Shown: piece after piece, positions 16,742 to 26,744 of the stretch
Position numbering within the stretch: position 1 is the first letter of the stretch
How the letters are laid out: each line of letters opens with the position of its first letter
From: a virus
Virus record (IMG/VR): IMGVR_UViG_3300037418_002743
Span: 32,001 to 96,000 of that record
Strand: one strand, 5' to 3'
DNA: 64,000 nucleotides
The notes under the pieces: generated by a model
Databases searched by the model: none
Told to the model about the DNA's origin: nothing
The model's input: the letters and a program-made list of their open reading frames with translations, nothing else
Translations under genes and position numbers: made by a program

Positions 16742-17133
16742 GCCGCCCCGTTCTCCCGCCCGGCGGCACGCTTCCGGGCCTGCGTCGACCGGCCGCCGTG
16801 CTTCCCCGACTCCCGGGCGTTCGCCTTCCGGGCGCCCTCGGTGCGCTCCTCGTGCAGCAGCGCCCGGGCGTCGACGATCACCTCGCCGAGCAGGCGGTGC
16901 CGGGTCTCCCGGTCCATCAGCGGTGACCGGCGGAGGGCGTCGCCGAACCGGCGGGCGCGGGCGTCCGCGTCGTCCCGGCGGGCCGTCATGAGCACCTGGG
17001 CGAGGCGGAGCGCGCACTCGGTGTGGTGCTGCCAGCAGTCGAGGGAGTGCTCCGCCCGCCAGGCCTTCTTCGACCCGAGCGGGCGGGCGACGACGAGGCC
17101 GAGCTCGGTGGTGGTCGGGGCGGGGTCGGTCAC
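16738..17133 (-). CDS. Hypothetical protein
   Basis: GTG at 17133 with RBS GGAGG. Confidence 0.55.
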   Translation of the reverse strand: MTDPAPTTTELGLVVARPLGSKKAWRAEHSLDCWQHHTECALRLAQVLMTARRDDADARARRFGDALRRSPLMDRETRHRLLGEVIVDARALLHEERTEGARKANARESGKHGGRSTQARKRAAGRENGAA

Positions 17134-17470
17134 CCGTGTCCTCCGGTGATGATCAGGCTCAGGAGCGCGTACTCGAGCCAGAGAGCGATGGGGCCGACGA
17201 CGGCGAGGATCGTGCCGGCGATGAGCGCGGTCTCGATGCGGTGCCGCCAGGGGCTGGGGCACGGGAGGCGGATCCCGGTCGCTTTGCCGCCCAGATTCGC
17301 CGCTGCGCCGCGATCGGGGGTCGGTCGATACTGGGCGGCCGGGAGGATCATCGGAATCGTCAGATCGTCACTGAGCCCGTCGTTCCATGATCCGTTTCCG
17401 CGGTATGGGGTTTCCGTCGATCCCACCGCACGGTGCGGGGTCCTCATCGGACGGCCGGTGACCTGCGGAT

Positions 17471-17926
17471 TCACCTCCGAACCCCGGGCCCACGCATCCA
17501 GCCGGGGGCCTCGTCGACGGACGTGCGCGGCTGCGGGGGCTCCGGCGGGCGCACCTCGTGAGCGGCCTCCAGGCGCGCCAGCTCGGCCCGCTCCGCCTCG
17601 GTGATGTCTCCGGCCCGGACATTCCCGCGCAGCTCCCGGATCCGGATCAGCGCCTCGGTGCGGCGCAGCTCGGTCTCCGCTCCGGCGGACACGGTCGCCG
17701 GGATGAGCCCGCGGTCGCGGTCGGTGAGCCCGGGCAGCTCGACACCGGCGTCCTTGAGCCGGTGATCGTGCGCGGGGAACCACTCCAGGGGGCGGCCGTG
17801 CGCGTCGACGCAGACGGCCCCGATCGCGGCGCCGCAGTCGCGGCAGACGACGCGCATCGAGTCGCGGCGGGCCTGGGCGAGCAGCTCGGACCGGCGGCGG
17901 GGCGTCTCGGTGGTCACGACGCCCAC
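17471..17926 (-). CDS. Zn-finger hypothetical protein
   Basis: CRDCGAAIGAVC...HDHR. Confidence 0.6.
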   Translation of the reverse strand: MGVVTTETPRRRSELLAQARRDSMRVVCRDCGAAIGAVCVDAHGRPLEWFPAHDHRLKDAGVELPGLTDRDRGLIPATVSAGAETELRRTEALIRIRELRGNVRAGDITEAERAELARLEAAHEVRPPEPPQPRTSVDEAPGWMRGPGVRR

Positions 17927-18228
17927 CGGGCGCGGTCGGAGTTCGGGGTGACGCCGAGGTCGCGGAGCGGGACCTCGCGGCGCTGGAGCGAGCCGGTGAT
18001 CGCGCAGACGACGTGGAAGTACTCGCCGTCAAGCGAGCGGACGACGCCCTGCCCGACGGTGATCCTCGGGACGCGGCAGTGCGGGTTCTCGCATCCGCCG
18101 GCGTAGACGGCGGTGAAGGGCTGGTCCTCGAGGAGGGTCGCGACGACGTAGTCCGGAGGGGGCGGCGGGGCCTGCACCGGGACGGGCCTCTCCGGGACGA
18201 ACGGGCGGCGGGCGTTGCGACCGGGCAT
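17914..18228 (-). CDS. Zn-binding hypothetical protein
   Basis: CENPHC...HVVC; RBS and CUGCCA hairpin at 18262-18277. Confidence 0.6.
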   Translation of the reverse strand: MPGRNARRPFVPERPVPVQAPPPPPDYVVATLLEDQPFTAVYAGGCENPHCRVPRITVGQGVVRSLDGEYFHVVCAITGSLQRREVPLRDLGVTPNSDRARWAS

Positions 18229-18284
18229 GGCGGTCTCCTTCGGTCGGGAGGGAACGGGTGGCGCCCTGGCAGGGGCGGGGAGGG

Positions 18285-19208
18285 TCAGACGGCGCGGAGG
18301 CGGCGGAGTCCGTGATCGCAGCGGACGGCCGGGTCGACGGGTGGTCCGCCGGCGTACTCCAGGACCCACGTGCCGTCGCAGCGGCCGCGCTCGGTGCACG
18401 CGGCGACGGCGGCGTCGTACTCGGCGAGCTCGGCGGCGCGGGAGGCGGCGGCTTCGTGCTCGGAGGTCTCGGCGCCCTCGCGGAGCGCGGCGCACTCTCC
18501 GCACGGCGGGACGTAGGCGCCGGGAGGCAGGGAGGCGTGCTCGGGACAGCGGCCGGGGTTGCGGCGAGGCGAGACGGACGCGGGCCAGATCGACGCCTGG
18601 GCGGGGTCCGTCGCGCGCGACGCGCCCGCGTTACCCAGGTGACGTTCCCTCCCTACTGAACCCTTCTTCTCTCCTCTCCTCTCCTCTGCGATCGGTTTGC
18701 GATCGGTTTGCGATCCCGAGTGCGATCCCATCTGCGATCGCACGTGCGACGGCTCCTGCGATCCCCTCCCGGGGTCGTCCTCGACGCAGAACTTGCAGTC
18801 AGGGGACGTCTTACCTGCGCGAACGTGCCAGCGCATGTGGTTGCCGTAGCCGCCGGCGGCCCTCTTCGTCGACGTAAATTCCGCCGCCTCTTCCGCGGAA
18901 CGCTGCCAGTCCAGGTAGTCGTGCATGACGACGCCATCACGACGAGATTCCGTCGAGATTCCATCGTCAGCACGCGGGAAGACCTCGTCGGCGAGCCCGG
19001 CCTCGATCAGCTCCCGGCGCACCTTCGGCGTCGTCCGCTTGATCCACGCCTGCTCCGTCACGTACCCGTCGGTGAGGTGCCGGGAGCAGTAGCACCACAG
19101 CTCGATCAGCGTGCGGAAGGCGCGATCGGAGAGCCCCTCGATCTTCGGGTGGTCCGGCATCCCGTCGTGGAGGAACATCCACGAGGCGGTGTCGCGGCGC
19201 GTCCCCAT
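18285..19208 (-). CDS. Phage replication initiator (replisome organiser-like)
   Basis: HDGMPDHPKIEGLSDRAFRTLIELWCYCSRHLTDG...MHDYLDWQ is the N-domain typical of actinophage initiators; internal iterons. Confidence 0.75.
   Translation of the reverse strand: MGTRRDTASWMFLHDGMPDHPKIEGLSDRAFRTLIELWCYCSRHLTDGYVTEQAWIKRTTPKVRRELIEAGLADEVFPRADDGISTESRRDGVVMHDYLDWQRSAEEAAEFTSTKRAAGGYGNHMRWHVRAGKTSPDCKFCVEDDPGRGSQEPSHVRSQMGSHSGSQTDRKPIAEERRGEKKGSVGRERHLGNAGASRATDPAQASIWPASVSPRRNPGRCPEHASLPPGAYVPPCGECAALREGAETSEHEAAASRAAELAEYDAAVAACTERGRCDGTWVLEYAGGPPVDPAVRCDHGLRRLRAV
18664..18763. repeat. Putative origin of replication: 7 TGCGATC iterons plus a polypyrimidine tract
   Basis: Copies at 18687, 18698, 18709, 18721, 18733, 18745 (TGCGACG) and 18757; CT tract at 18664-18686. 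Confidence 0.7.
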
Positions 19209-19615
19209 CAGGCGACCGCCCGCCACTCGACGTGGGTCGTGAGGTTCGGCGGCAGGCGGAGGTCCTGGCGGATCCTGGCCGCGGTGTAGAGCGTCATCCG
19301 GAGCCGGTCCGCGACGTCCGCGTCCGTCCAGCCGCGCCGGTGCAGCACGCGGACGATCACCTGCCGCTGGTGCGTCGGGAGAGCCTCCGCCGGCTCCTTC
19401 CCGTGGATCACGTTCTGCATCTCGATCGGCCACCGGTGGATCGGCTCCGCCGCGTAGTCGATCCGCGGCGCTCGCTTCACGTGCTGGTGAGGCATCGCCG
19501 CTTGCTCGCGGCGGATCGCCCGGAGCTCGAGCTCGGCGAGGTGCCGGTCGTGGAGGGCCTCGACCTCGATGAGGCGCGCCGACTCGCGGCGGTACGTCTC
19601 CTGTGAAAGGGACAT
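19208..19615 (-). CDS. HTH DNA-binding protein
   Basis: LHRRGWTDADVADRLRMTLYTAARIRQDLRL; CUGCCA hairpin at 19645-19676. Confidence 0.7.
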   Translation of the reverse strand: MSLSQETYRRESARLIEVEALHDRHLAELELRAIRREQAAMPHQHVKRAPRIDYAAEPIHRWPIEMQNVIHGKEPAEALPTHQRQVIVRVLHRRGWTDADVADRLRMTLYTAARIRQDLRLPPNLTTHVEWRAVA

Positions 19616-19694
19616 GACACGTCCAGGGGTAGGGAGGGACGGGGCGTGCCGCCCGGCTGGCAGGCCGGGCGGCACGATCGTGCTGAGGGGGGTT

Positions 19695-20600
19695 CTACCG
19701 CAGCGCGTCGGGCGCCGCACCCGCCAGGGTGAGCACCTCCGGCCGGAAGAGACCCAGGAGGCGGGCGATCTCGCGCTGCCAGGCGGCCTGCTTCACGAGC
19801 GGGACCTGCTGCAGGCGGATCCCGACCCCGACGCGGCCCTCGGTGTCGACGTCCCACTGCGTGACGGCCTCGACCTCGAACGGCTCCTCGTCCGGCTCCG
19901 CGCCCTGGTAGACGTGGAGCGCGACCTTGAAGCGCGGCGGGAGCTTCGCCGCCCGCGGCACCTTCTGCCCGCGGACCTCCTCGGTGTAGGTGATGTTCAC
20001 CTGCCCGGAGTCGAGGTCGACGTCCTCCTGCGTGGTCTTCACCCGCGACGCGACGAGCTGCATGGCGGCGTCGATCATCCGGGACACGTCCGTGCCGCGG
20101 ATGCTGTGCGCGTGATCGGCGAGGAACTGCCCGAAGGCCTTCTTCGTCATCAGGCGGCCGCCCTGGGAGGCGTCGACCTTCTGCCAGGCGAGCCACTCCT
20201 CGTCGTACTGCGGGAGGAACACCGCGCGGTGGTCCCGCCAGCCGGGCAGCTCCTCCCCGATGCCGGAGTCGACGAGGGTCCGGGTGTGGTCGTTGAAGAC
20301 CGCGGTGATCCGGGTGCGGCCCTGGTCGGCCCACACGGTGGTGCCGAGGTCGGCGAGCCGGTTGACGTACGCGGCGAAGGAGCGGGCGGTGTGCAGCTCC
20401 GCCTCCCCGCGCGCCTCCCGCGGCGACGGGAGCAGCGCCCCGAAGTCGTGGTGCCCGATCCGCTCGTCCTGACGGAGCCGGCGGACGACCAGGCCCTCGG
20501 GGTGGTCGTTGATGTCGATCGGGGAGGCGGCCGCCTCGGCGGCGCGGCGGGCGACGTCCGCGGTGACGGCGGCGTCAGGGGCGTTGTCGAACTCGGACAT
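19695..20600 (-). CDS. DUF2303 (YfdQ-like) family phage protein
   Basis: SFAAYVNR...ITAVFNDH...PGWRDHRAVF...EEWLAW...FGQFLADH. Confidence 0.75.
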   Translation of the reverse strand: MSEFDNAPDAAVTADVARRAAEAAASPIDINDHPEGLVVRRLRQDERIGHHDFGALLPSPREARGEAELHTARSFAAYVNRLADLGTTVWADQGRTRITAVFNDHTRTLVDSGIGEELPGWRDHRAVFLPQYDEEWLAWQKVDASQGGRLMTKKAFGQFLADHAHSIRGTDVSRMIDAAMQLVASRVKTTQEDVDLDSGQVNITYTEEVRGQKVPRAAKLPPRFKVALHVYQGAEPDEEPFEVEAVTQWDVDTEGRVGVGIRLQQVPLVKQAAWQREIARLLGLFRPEVLTLAGAAPDALR

Positions 20601-21013
20601 CACAGCTGACCTCCACCGAACGGAAGGGCGGTCTGGTTCTTCGGGATCGGCGGGTAGTCGAGGAGCTCGCCGCCCTCGCCGAGCCAGTACTTCGCCCGGG
20701 TCTCCCGGTTGACCTTCGGGTGCTTCACGTCGACGTCGTCGTCGACGACCAGGCGGCCGCCGAAGGAGTCGCCGGGCGCCCAGGAGAACTTGAGCTTGAG
20801 GGTGATCGCCCCGGCGTTGGTCGTCTCCTGCACCTCCCCGATGACGGTCGCGAGGGCCTCGGTCAGCTCGTCGCACAGCTCGCCGTAGCGGGCGAGGAAG
20901 GCGAGGAAGTCCTCCTTGGCCTTCTCCGTGGCGGCGGGCTGCTCGTCGGCCCGCTGCTCCGGCACGGCGGCGGAGGCGGCGGTGCCGTCCTCCGGCTGGG
21001 GGTTGTCGCTCAT
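20600..21013 (-). CDS. Small partner protein upstream of DUF2303
   Basis: ELTEALATVIGEVQETTNAGAITLKLK...VKHPK pattern. Confidence 0.65.
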   Translation of the reverse strand: MSDNPQPEDGTAASAAVPEQRADEQPAATEKAKEDFLAFLARYGELCDELTEALATVIGEVQETTNAGAITLKLKFSWAPGDSFGGRLVVDDDVDVKHPKVNRETRAKYWLGEGGELLDYPPIPKNQTALPFGGGQL

Positions 21014-21185
21014 GCGGTGTTGATCTCCATCTTCTTCATCGGGAGGGATGGGGTCTGGGGGGTGTCCTCCGGGACATCCGCGCCGGTGCCGCAGGGGCAC
21101 GACGCGGGGCAGTCGTCCCGGGAGGACGCCAGGAGGGCGGAGGCGGCGCGGTCGAAGACCGCGCGCACCTCCCGCCCGATGAGGC

Positions 21186-21356
21186 TCACTGGGGCTGCAC
21201 CTCGCTGAGGCAGTCGCACGCGGCGTCGTGCTCCGTCGCGCACCCGGTGCGGTGCTCCCCGAAGCCCTGCTCGCGGCAGTGCGGGTCGGCGCAGGCGAGC
21301 GCGGCGGACGGATCGCAGAACGCGCACTCGCGCGGGTACCACTCCGGGAGGCCCAC
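21186..21356 (-). CDS. Cys-rich peptide
   Basis: Manual translation VGLPEWYPRECAFCDP...CDCLSEVQPQ; fills the gap between genes. Confidence 0.4.
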   Translation of the reverse strand: MGLPEWYPRECAFCDPSAALACADPHCREQGFGEHRTGCATEHDAACDCLSEVQPQ

Positions 21357-21359
21357 CGG

Positions 21360-22037
21360 TCAGCCCGCCCGCAGGGGGCAATCGCACTCGCCGTCGGTGC
21401 GGGCGTCGGGGTTGCAGCGCCCGGTGCACGGCACGTCGACGAGGCGGGCGAGGAGGCGGAGGCACTCGGCGCCGGCGCGGACGTCGCCCCCGGCGGTGTG
21501 GTCGCCGATCTCGACGTCGAGGCGCTCGCAGATCTCCCGGAACGACAGCGGCGGGTGGTCGATCGGGAGGCGGAAGGCGCCGCGGGCGATCGAGCCGAGG
21601 TTCTCCATCCGGTAGTGCCACGGCCGCACCTCGAGGCAGAGGTCCGGGTCCAGGTGCCGGGCGAAGGCCTTCGCGATGAAGGCGGCGTCGAAGGCGGGGT
21701 TCACGGCGACCAGGGCGCGGCGCGGGACCGGCGGGGCGTCCTCGTCCGGGACGTGATGGATCGGGCCGCCGAACTGCTCCCAGAGCCGCTGCAGCTCCGG
21801 GCCGTTGTCCATCACGTAGGGCTGCCAGAGGCCGCGCTCGACGTAGCGGTTGACCTGCAGGGCCTCGGGCTCCGCGGCCGCGAGGATCTCCCGCGGGTTG
21901 TGCTTCGGGACGAAGCAGCCCGTCTCCCCGGTGGTGATGTTCTCCCAGCCGATCTCGACGGCGTCGTGCCGCTCCGGGTCGAGCCCGTTGGTCTCGGTGT
22001 CGACGAAGATCAGCTCCGTCGGCTCGTAGTCGCTCAT
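21360..22037 (-). CDS. DEDDh 3'-5' exonuclease (DnaQ-like)
   Basis: FVDTETNGL, NPAFDAAFI and HTAGGDV motifs. Confidence 0.85.
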   Translation of the reverse strand: MSDYEPTELIFVDTETNGLDPERHDAVEIGWENITTGETGCFVPKHNPREILAAAEPEALQVNRYVERGLWQPYVMDNGPELQRLWEQFGGPIHHVPDEDAPPVPRRALVAVNPAFDAAFIAKAFARHLDPDLCLEVRPWHYRMENLGSIARGAFRLPIDHPPLSFREICERLDVEIGDHTAGGDVRAGAECLRLLARLVDVPCTGRCNPDARTDGECDCPLRAG

Positions 22038-23509
22038 CCTTCGAAGCTCTCCTCATCACGCGGGTCCGGCTCCTCGCAGAGCCCGCACTCGCCGTTCATC
22101 AGGACCGGAACGGTGGTGATCCGTCCGTCGTCGCTCTTGGTCGGGTGCCCGGCCTCGTGCCAGGCGGCGGTGCCGGGAGTCGGCAGGTCGCCGGCCGGCG
22201 CCTCCGCGGCCGGGGTGTCGGTCGCGCCGAGCACCTCGGCGACGAACTCCTGCAGGCGGCCGCCGTCCTTCGCCGCGGTGAGCTGGCGGATCACCTCGAG
22301 CCCCTCCGCGCGGGACAGCTCCGACGTCGACCCGACGGGGACCGAGCGCCCGGCGAGGCGGGACGCGATGAGCTTCCGGCCGGCGTCGTCGCCGACCCCG
22401 CCGGCGCCGATGAGCCGCCCGATCTGCGTCGTCATCGCCCGCGAGATCGCCTCGTCCGCCGCCGGGGCGGCCGCGGTCGAGGCGGGCGGCTCCGGCGGAG
22501 GCGGCACGTCGTCCTCCCGCGGGGCCGGCACGGTCGCGGCCGCGTCGACGTCGCGGAGGGCGTTGGTGTCGTCGTCGGTCTCGACGTCGATCACCGCGCC
22601 CTGGATCGCGCCGCGGCCCGGCTCCGGCTCCGGGTGCCGCGCGGTCAGCATCTCGTCGTAGTCGTCCTGCCCAGCGGGCTTGTAGGACAGGCGGACCGCG
22701 CCGTCGACCTCGGTCGCCGCGGTGAGCAGCCGGTCCGTCGACTTCGGAGCCCACCGCTTCGCGCGGAGGAAGCACGTCTTGATCGCCATCTGATCGAAGC
22801 CCGTGCCGCCGTCGGGGCCGTCCATGTCGAACCAGGGGCCGGCACCCTGGGCGTTGCCGTCGTTGTCCCGGACGACCTCGCCCTTGAAGCGCTTGGTCCC
22901 CATCGCGTGGTGATCGCGCCAGGCGATCGCCTCCTCGCGGGTCATCACCCAGAACAGCGGGTCCGCGTCGTGGAAGAACAGGACCGCGTAGTAGGCGACG
23001 ACCGGGCCGCGCTCCTTCCCGATCCCGGCCGGACGGTGCACGAGCTTCTCGTCGAGTCCGAACTCGACGTGGAACTCGTCGTTGGCGTGCACGGCCCGGC
23101 CGACGATCTTCTTGACCGCGCCGGAGCGGTGGACCAGCTCGACGTAGCCCTGGTAGCCGATGACGATCTGCGCCTCGAGGCGGTTCCCCTTCTTCCAGTT
23201 CTTGAAGGGGATCAACCAGCCCTGGCCCATGACGCCCGGGCGGAGCCCGAGCTGGGCGAAGGTCATCAGCCCGCCGAGGACGGTCTCCGGCACGCACTCC
23301 GCGAGGTCCGGGTTCTGCCGGAGCAGCGTCATGGCGTCGCGGATGAGCTGCTGCGCCTCGAAGCCGCGCGGCATCGCCATCGCGAACTGCTCATGCATGT
23401 CCTCGATCTGCTTGCGGAGCGTCGGCCGCTCCCGCTGCTCGACCTCACCTCCGCCGCGGCGCGCGACCTGCGCGCGGGCGTTGACACGCTCCGCGAGTCC
23501 GTTGCCCAT
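22034..23509 (-). CDS. recT: RecT-family single-strand annealing protein with C-terminal extension
   Basis: LGLRPG..GQGWLIPF...AQIVIGYQGYVEL..RSG...FDQMAIKT. Confidence 0.9.
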   Translation of the reverse strand: MGNGLAERVNARAQVARRGGGEVEQRERPTLRKQIEDMHEQFAMAMPRGFEAQQLIRDAMTLLRQNPDLAECVPETVLGGLMTFAQLGLRPGVMGQGWLIPFKNWKKGNRLEAQIVIGYQGYVELVHRSGAVKKIVGRAVHANDEFHVEFGLDEKLVHRPAGIGKERGPVVAYYAVLFFHDADPLFWVMTREEAIAWRDHHAMGTKRFKGEVVRDNDGNAQGAGPWFDMDGPDGGTGFDQMAIKTCFLRAKRWAPKSTDRLLTAATEVDGAVRLSYKPAGQDDYDEMLTARHPEPEPGRGAIQGAVIDVETDDDTNALRDVDAAATVPAPREDDVPPPPEPPASTAAAPAADEAISRAMTTQIGRLIGAGGVGDDAGRKLIASRLAGRSVPVGSTSELSRAEGLEVIRQLTAAKDGGRLQEFVAEVLGATDTPAAEAPAGDLPTPGTAAWHEAGHPTKSDDGRITTVPVLMNGECGLCEEPDPRDEESFEG

Positions 23510-24603
23510 CACTTGCTCCCAGGGGTGTCGTCGATCATCGAGTCGAGGGTCTTGCGGGGGCGGAGCACCCGGCCGCGGTGCGCGGCGTACTGCTCCGGGT
23601 GCTTGGACTTGACCGCGTCGAGGTCGAGGACCTCCGTCGTCTTGCTGCACGCGGCCGCGAGGTCCGGGTACGCGGCGGTGAAGGCGGACTTCGACATCTG
23701 CCCGGTCTGGCCGAAGGTGGCGAGGATGTTCGCCTTCCCGGCCTTGGTGTCGTCGATCGGCGCGGTGAGGTCCCGGACGACGAGCTCGGCGTCGCCGATG
23801 AGGTGCCGGAGCTTGGAGTCCCAGCCGGTGACCTCGGCCTCGGCCATGCGGAGCCGCTCCTTCGCCTCCCGGAGGTGGCGGAAGGCGTCGAGGATGTCCG
23901 CGGTGATCTCGATCGCCTTGCCGGCGTGCGCGGTCGCGTACATCTCGCGGATGACCTCGTTGGTGGCCTCCGTGTCGTCGAGCGGCGGCATCTCGTCCGC
24001 GACGACGTAGGACTCCCACCAGTCCCGCTCGAACGCGACGAGGTCGGCGATCAGCGCCTCGTCCCGCTCGATGCGGCGCCAGACGAGGGTCTGCCCGCCG
24101 ATGAGCCCGGCGATCCAGGCGTGCGGGAGCCCGGTCACCGCCATCCCGTGCTGCACCTGCAGCTCGGCGTGGTCCGGCGCCTGCTCGTTCCCCCACTCGT
24201 CCCGCCGCCACAGCGAGCAGGTCTTCCCCTCGTACAGCCCTCCGTCGTTGGTGACCCCGTCGGGGCTGTAGAGCATGAAGGGGTTCACGAGGGACCGCTG
24301 CATCCCCGCCGCCGCGACGGTGATCCCGGTGCGCCGGGACCACTCGTCCCGGACGACCGGCTCGAGGAGGGTGCCCCAGAGCGCGGGCTCGTTCGGCGGC
24401 TCGTCGGAGTCCTCGTCGACCCGGTCCGTCTTGTCCAGCCACACCCGGACCGGGGAGGAGAACTTGTTGAGCCCGAGGACGGTCGAGGCGTCGGATCCGC
24501 CGATGCCCTCCCGCCGGGCCTCCAGCCACTCGTCCCGGTCCGGGTCCGGCGGGAGCACCTGCTCGGAGCCCGGGAGGGTCATCACGGCGGCCGGCGCGCT
24601 CAT
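23509..24603 (-). CDS. YqaJ/lambda-exonuclease family recombinase nuclease
   Basis: EWLEARREGIGGSDA...WGTLLEP...SPDG...EGKT...QVQHGMAVTG. Confidence 0.9.
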   Translation of the reverse strand: MSAPAAVMTLPGSEQVLPPDPDRDEWLEARREGIGGSDASTVLGLNKFSSPVRVWLDKTDRVDEDSDEPPNEPALWGTLLEPVVRDEWSRRTGITVAAAGMQRSLVNPFMLYSPDGVTNDGGLYEGKTCSLWRRDEWGNEQAPDHAELQVQHGMAVTGLPHAWIAGLIGGQTLVWRRIERDEALIADLVAFERDWWESYVVADEMPPLDDTEATNEVIREMYATAHAGKAIEITADILDAFRHLREAKERLRMAEAEVTGWDSKLRHLIGDAELVVRDLTAPIDDTKAGKANILATFGQTGQMSKSAFTAAYPDLAAACSKTTEVLDLDAVKSKHPEQYAAHRGRVLRPRKTLDSMIDDTPGSK

Positions 24604-24751
24604 GCTCGGGCCCCGCACATCGGCTCGGCGTCCTCGTCGAGGTGCTCCGTGCAGTGGTGGCACGGGGCGGAGACGAAGCACGTGCAGCCGCCGCAGTCGG
24701 CGAACTCGTCGCGGTCGTCCAGGTCGGTCCAGTCGTCCTCGGGCACGTCGA

Positions 24752-25108
24752 TCACCGGGCACCGCCGACGGGGATCTCGACGCGGATCTCGGTCGACCGC
24801 TCGGCCTCGGCGTCGCGCACGGCGTAGGCGAGGCAGCCGGGGCACACCCGCTCCCGGATCGTCCAGCGGGTCGCGGCGAAGCGGCGGGCGACGACGGCGG
24901 CTCCGTCGTGCGCGGGCCCGTCGGCCGGCGGGCAGTACTCGCACCCGTCCAGCTCCTCGGCCGGGGTGACGACGAAGGCGACCCCGAGGTCCTCGAGGGC
25001 CTCGACCAGGTCAGGAAGGGCCGCGGAAATGGCGGCGGGAAGCTCGGAAATGGTCTCCGCCGTCGGGGCGGAGGCGACAGGCGGGCACGCAGCGGCTAGG
25101 ATGCTCAT
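24752..25108 (-). CDS. Zn-finger hypothetical protein
   Basis: CEYC...CPGC; first gene after promoter copy 25215-25231 and hairpin 25142-25197. Confidence 0.6.
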   Translation of the reverse strand: MSILAAACPPVASAPTAETISELPAAISAALPDLVEALEDLGVAFVVTPAEELDGCEYCPPADGPAHDGAAVVARRFAATRWTIRERVCPGCLAYAVRDAEAERSTEIRVEIPVGGAR

Positions 25109-25291
25109 CGTCTTCTTCTCTTAGGGAGGGAAGGGACATTTGACGAAGCCCTGACGTGGACCAACGGGTTGGCAGACCCGCCGCGCGGGGCTTCGTCGCT
25201 TTCTACGATCACTCTACCGCTGTTCGCGGTAGCGTCAACACCTTTCTTTCTCGCCGCTAGCCGGCGGCAGGGTGTTTCTCCTGGTCAGACC

Positions 25292-25789
25292 CTACCCCGG
25301 GGGTACGACAGTTCCGGAGCCGGCCGAGCCCGCCCGGTAGTAGTCGACGCACGCCGGCCAGTCCCGCCGGACGTCCGTGCCGGCCCCGTGCGTCGCCCGC
25401 GGGTACCGCGTCTCCGCGACCAGCCCGTCCGGGCCGATCCGCGTTCCCGCACGCTTCTCCCAGTGCGTCGGAGCGTGGCGCGTGACATATGCGCCGGCGA
25501 GACACTTCGGGAAACTGCGATTCCCTCCGGGCATCCGCTCCCGGTGGTCGCACGAGCCGCACCGGGGCGTCCCGTCCGACGGCGGACCGAACTCCCGGGC
25601 CGCCTCCGGGTGCAGCGGGAGCGGCGTCCCCAGCGCGACGGAGAGCGGGTGCTGCCCGCGCACGATCGCCGCGGCGTGCCGGGCCCGACGCCACTCCCCC
25701 TCGGTCATCCCCTCGGGGCGCCCAGCGGCGTCCGGGACCCCGACCCGCTCCGGCTCGTCGAACAGCCCCAGCGGCTCCGCGATGCTCAT
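25292..25789 (-). CDS. Conserved actinophage hypothetical protein
   Basis: GQHPL...RCGSCDH...FPKC...TDVRRDWPAC. Confidence 0.65.
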   Translation of the reverse strand: MSIAEPLGLFDEPERVGVPDAAGRPEGMTEGEWRRARHAAAIVRGQHPLSVALGTPLPLHPEAAREFGPPSDGTPRCGSCDHRERMPGGNRSFPKCLAGAYVTRHAPTHWEKRAGTRIGPDGLVAETRYPRATHGAGTDVRRDWPACVDYYRAGSAGSGTVVPPG

Positions 25790-25949
25790 GCGGCGGCCCG
25801 CCTCAGGTGCCGGGGGCGGCTCCGGTGCGGCATGCGGAGCACCAGCGCCCGGCCGCGGGCCGCCCGGTGCGCCCCGACCTGCATCCGCAGGCCGATCACG
25901 ACCCCGACGGCGATCCCGACGACGAGGGCCAGGACGACGAGCTCCCCGG

Positions 25950-26189
25950 TCATGCGGCCACCGCCACGATCCCGACCACGGCCGCGGTGAGCGCACCGAT
26001 CACGCCGAGCGCGATCACGCCCCAGGAGGCGGTGCGGATGATCGGGCGGATCCACTCCCGGTGCCCCATCCCGCCGGCGGCCCCGAGGATCACGGCGAAG
26101 ACGACGGCGGCGCCGAGGATCGTCGCGGCCGCACCGATGCCCCGGTTGAACTGGGCGGAGGTGACCTCCGCGAGGACGGTGACGGTCAC
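25950..26189 (-). CDS. Small two-TM membrane protein
   Basis: Hydrophobic 79-aa ORF. Confidence 0.55.
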   Translation of the reverse strand: MTVTVLAEVTSAQFNRGIGAAATILGAAVVFAVILGAAGGMGHREWIRPIIRTASWGVIALGVIGALTAAVVGIVAVAA

Positions 26190-26653
26190 GCCTCAGCCCT
26201 CCGGGGGCGCGGGGAGGGCACGCGCACGGTCTCCGCGTCGGCGCTCGGCGCGGGCTCCGGCTCCGGCTCCGGCTCCGCGACGGGCGCGGGCTGCGTCGGA
26301 GCGGGCTCCCCGTTGTGGATCACCCACTGGACGCCGTCGATCGTCCCCTGCAGCAGGATGTGCGGGGAGTCCTCGTAGACCGTGACCAGCGGGCGCGGGG
26401 AGAACAGGACCGACCAGCCGAGGACCGTCGCGGTGTCCATGACGGCCGTACATCCATGTTCGGTCACATCCACGCTGATCGGGTCACCAAGGTTCTGAAG
26501 AGCCGCCGCCTCCGCTACCCTTGCCGCGGCAACGAGGCGATCACCGAAAGAGGCGGTTTGATCCCTATCCTTACTGCTAGTGTCCGCCTCGGTACGGTCG
26601 GGAGTCTTACGCGACTCACTAGTAGTTCCGCTGGACATTCCGCCGACGTTCAT
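26186..26653 (-). CDS. Hypothetical protein
   Basis: RBS GAGAGGA; CU box and CUGCCA hairpin (26719-26734) upstream. Confidence 0.6.
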   Translation of the reverse strand: MNVGGMSSGTTSESRKTPDRTEADTSSKDRDQTASFGDRLVAAARVAEAAALQNLGDPISVDVTEHGCTAVMDTATVLGWSVLFSPRPLVTVYEDSPHILLQGTIDGVQWVIHNGEPAPTQPAPVAEPEPEPEPAPSADAETVRVPSPRPRRAEA

Positions 26654-26744
26654 AGAGCGTTCCTCTCAACGGGAGGGATGGTGGATGGGACATCCGGCCC
26701 CTGGATGGTTCGGCCGGTGGCGCTGGCAGGCGCCGGGGGTTAGA

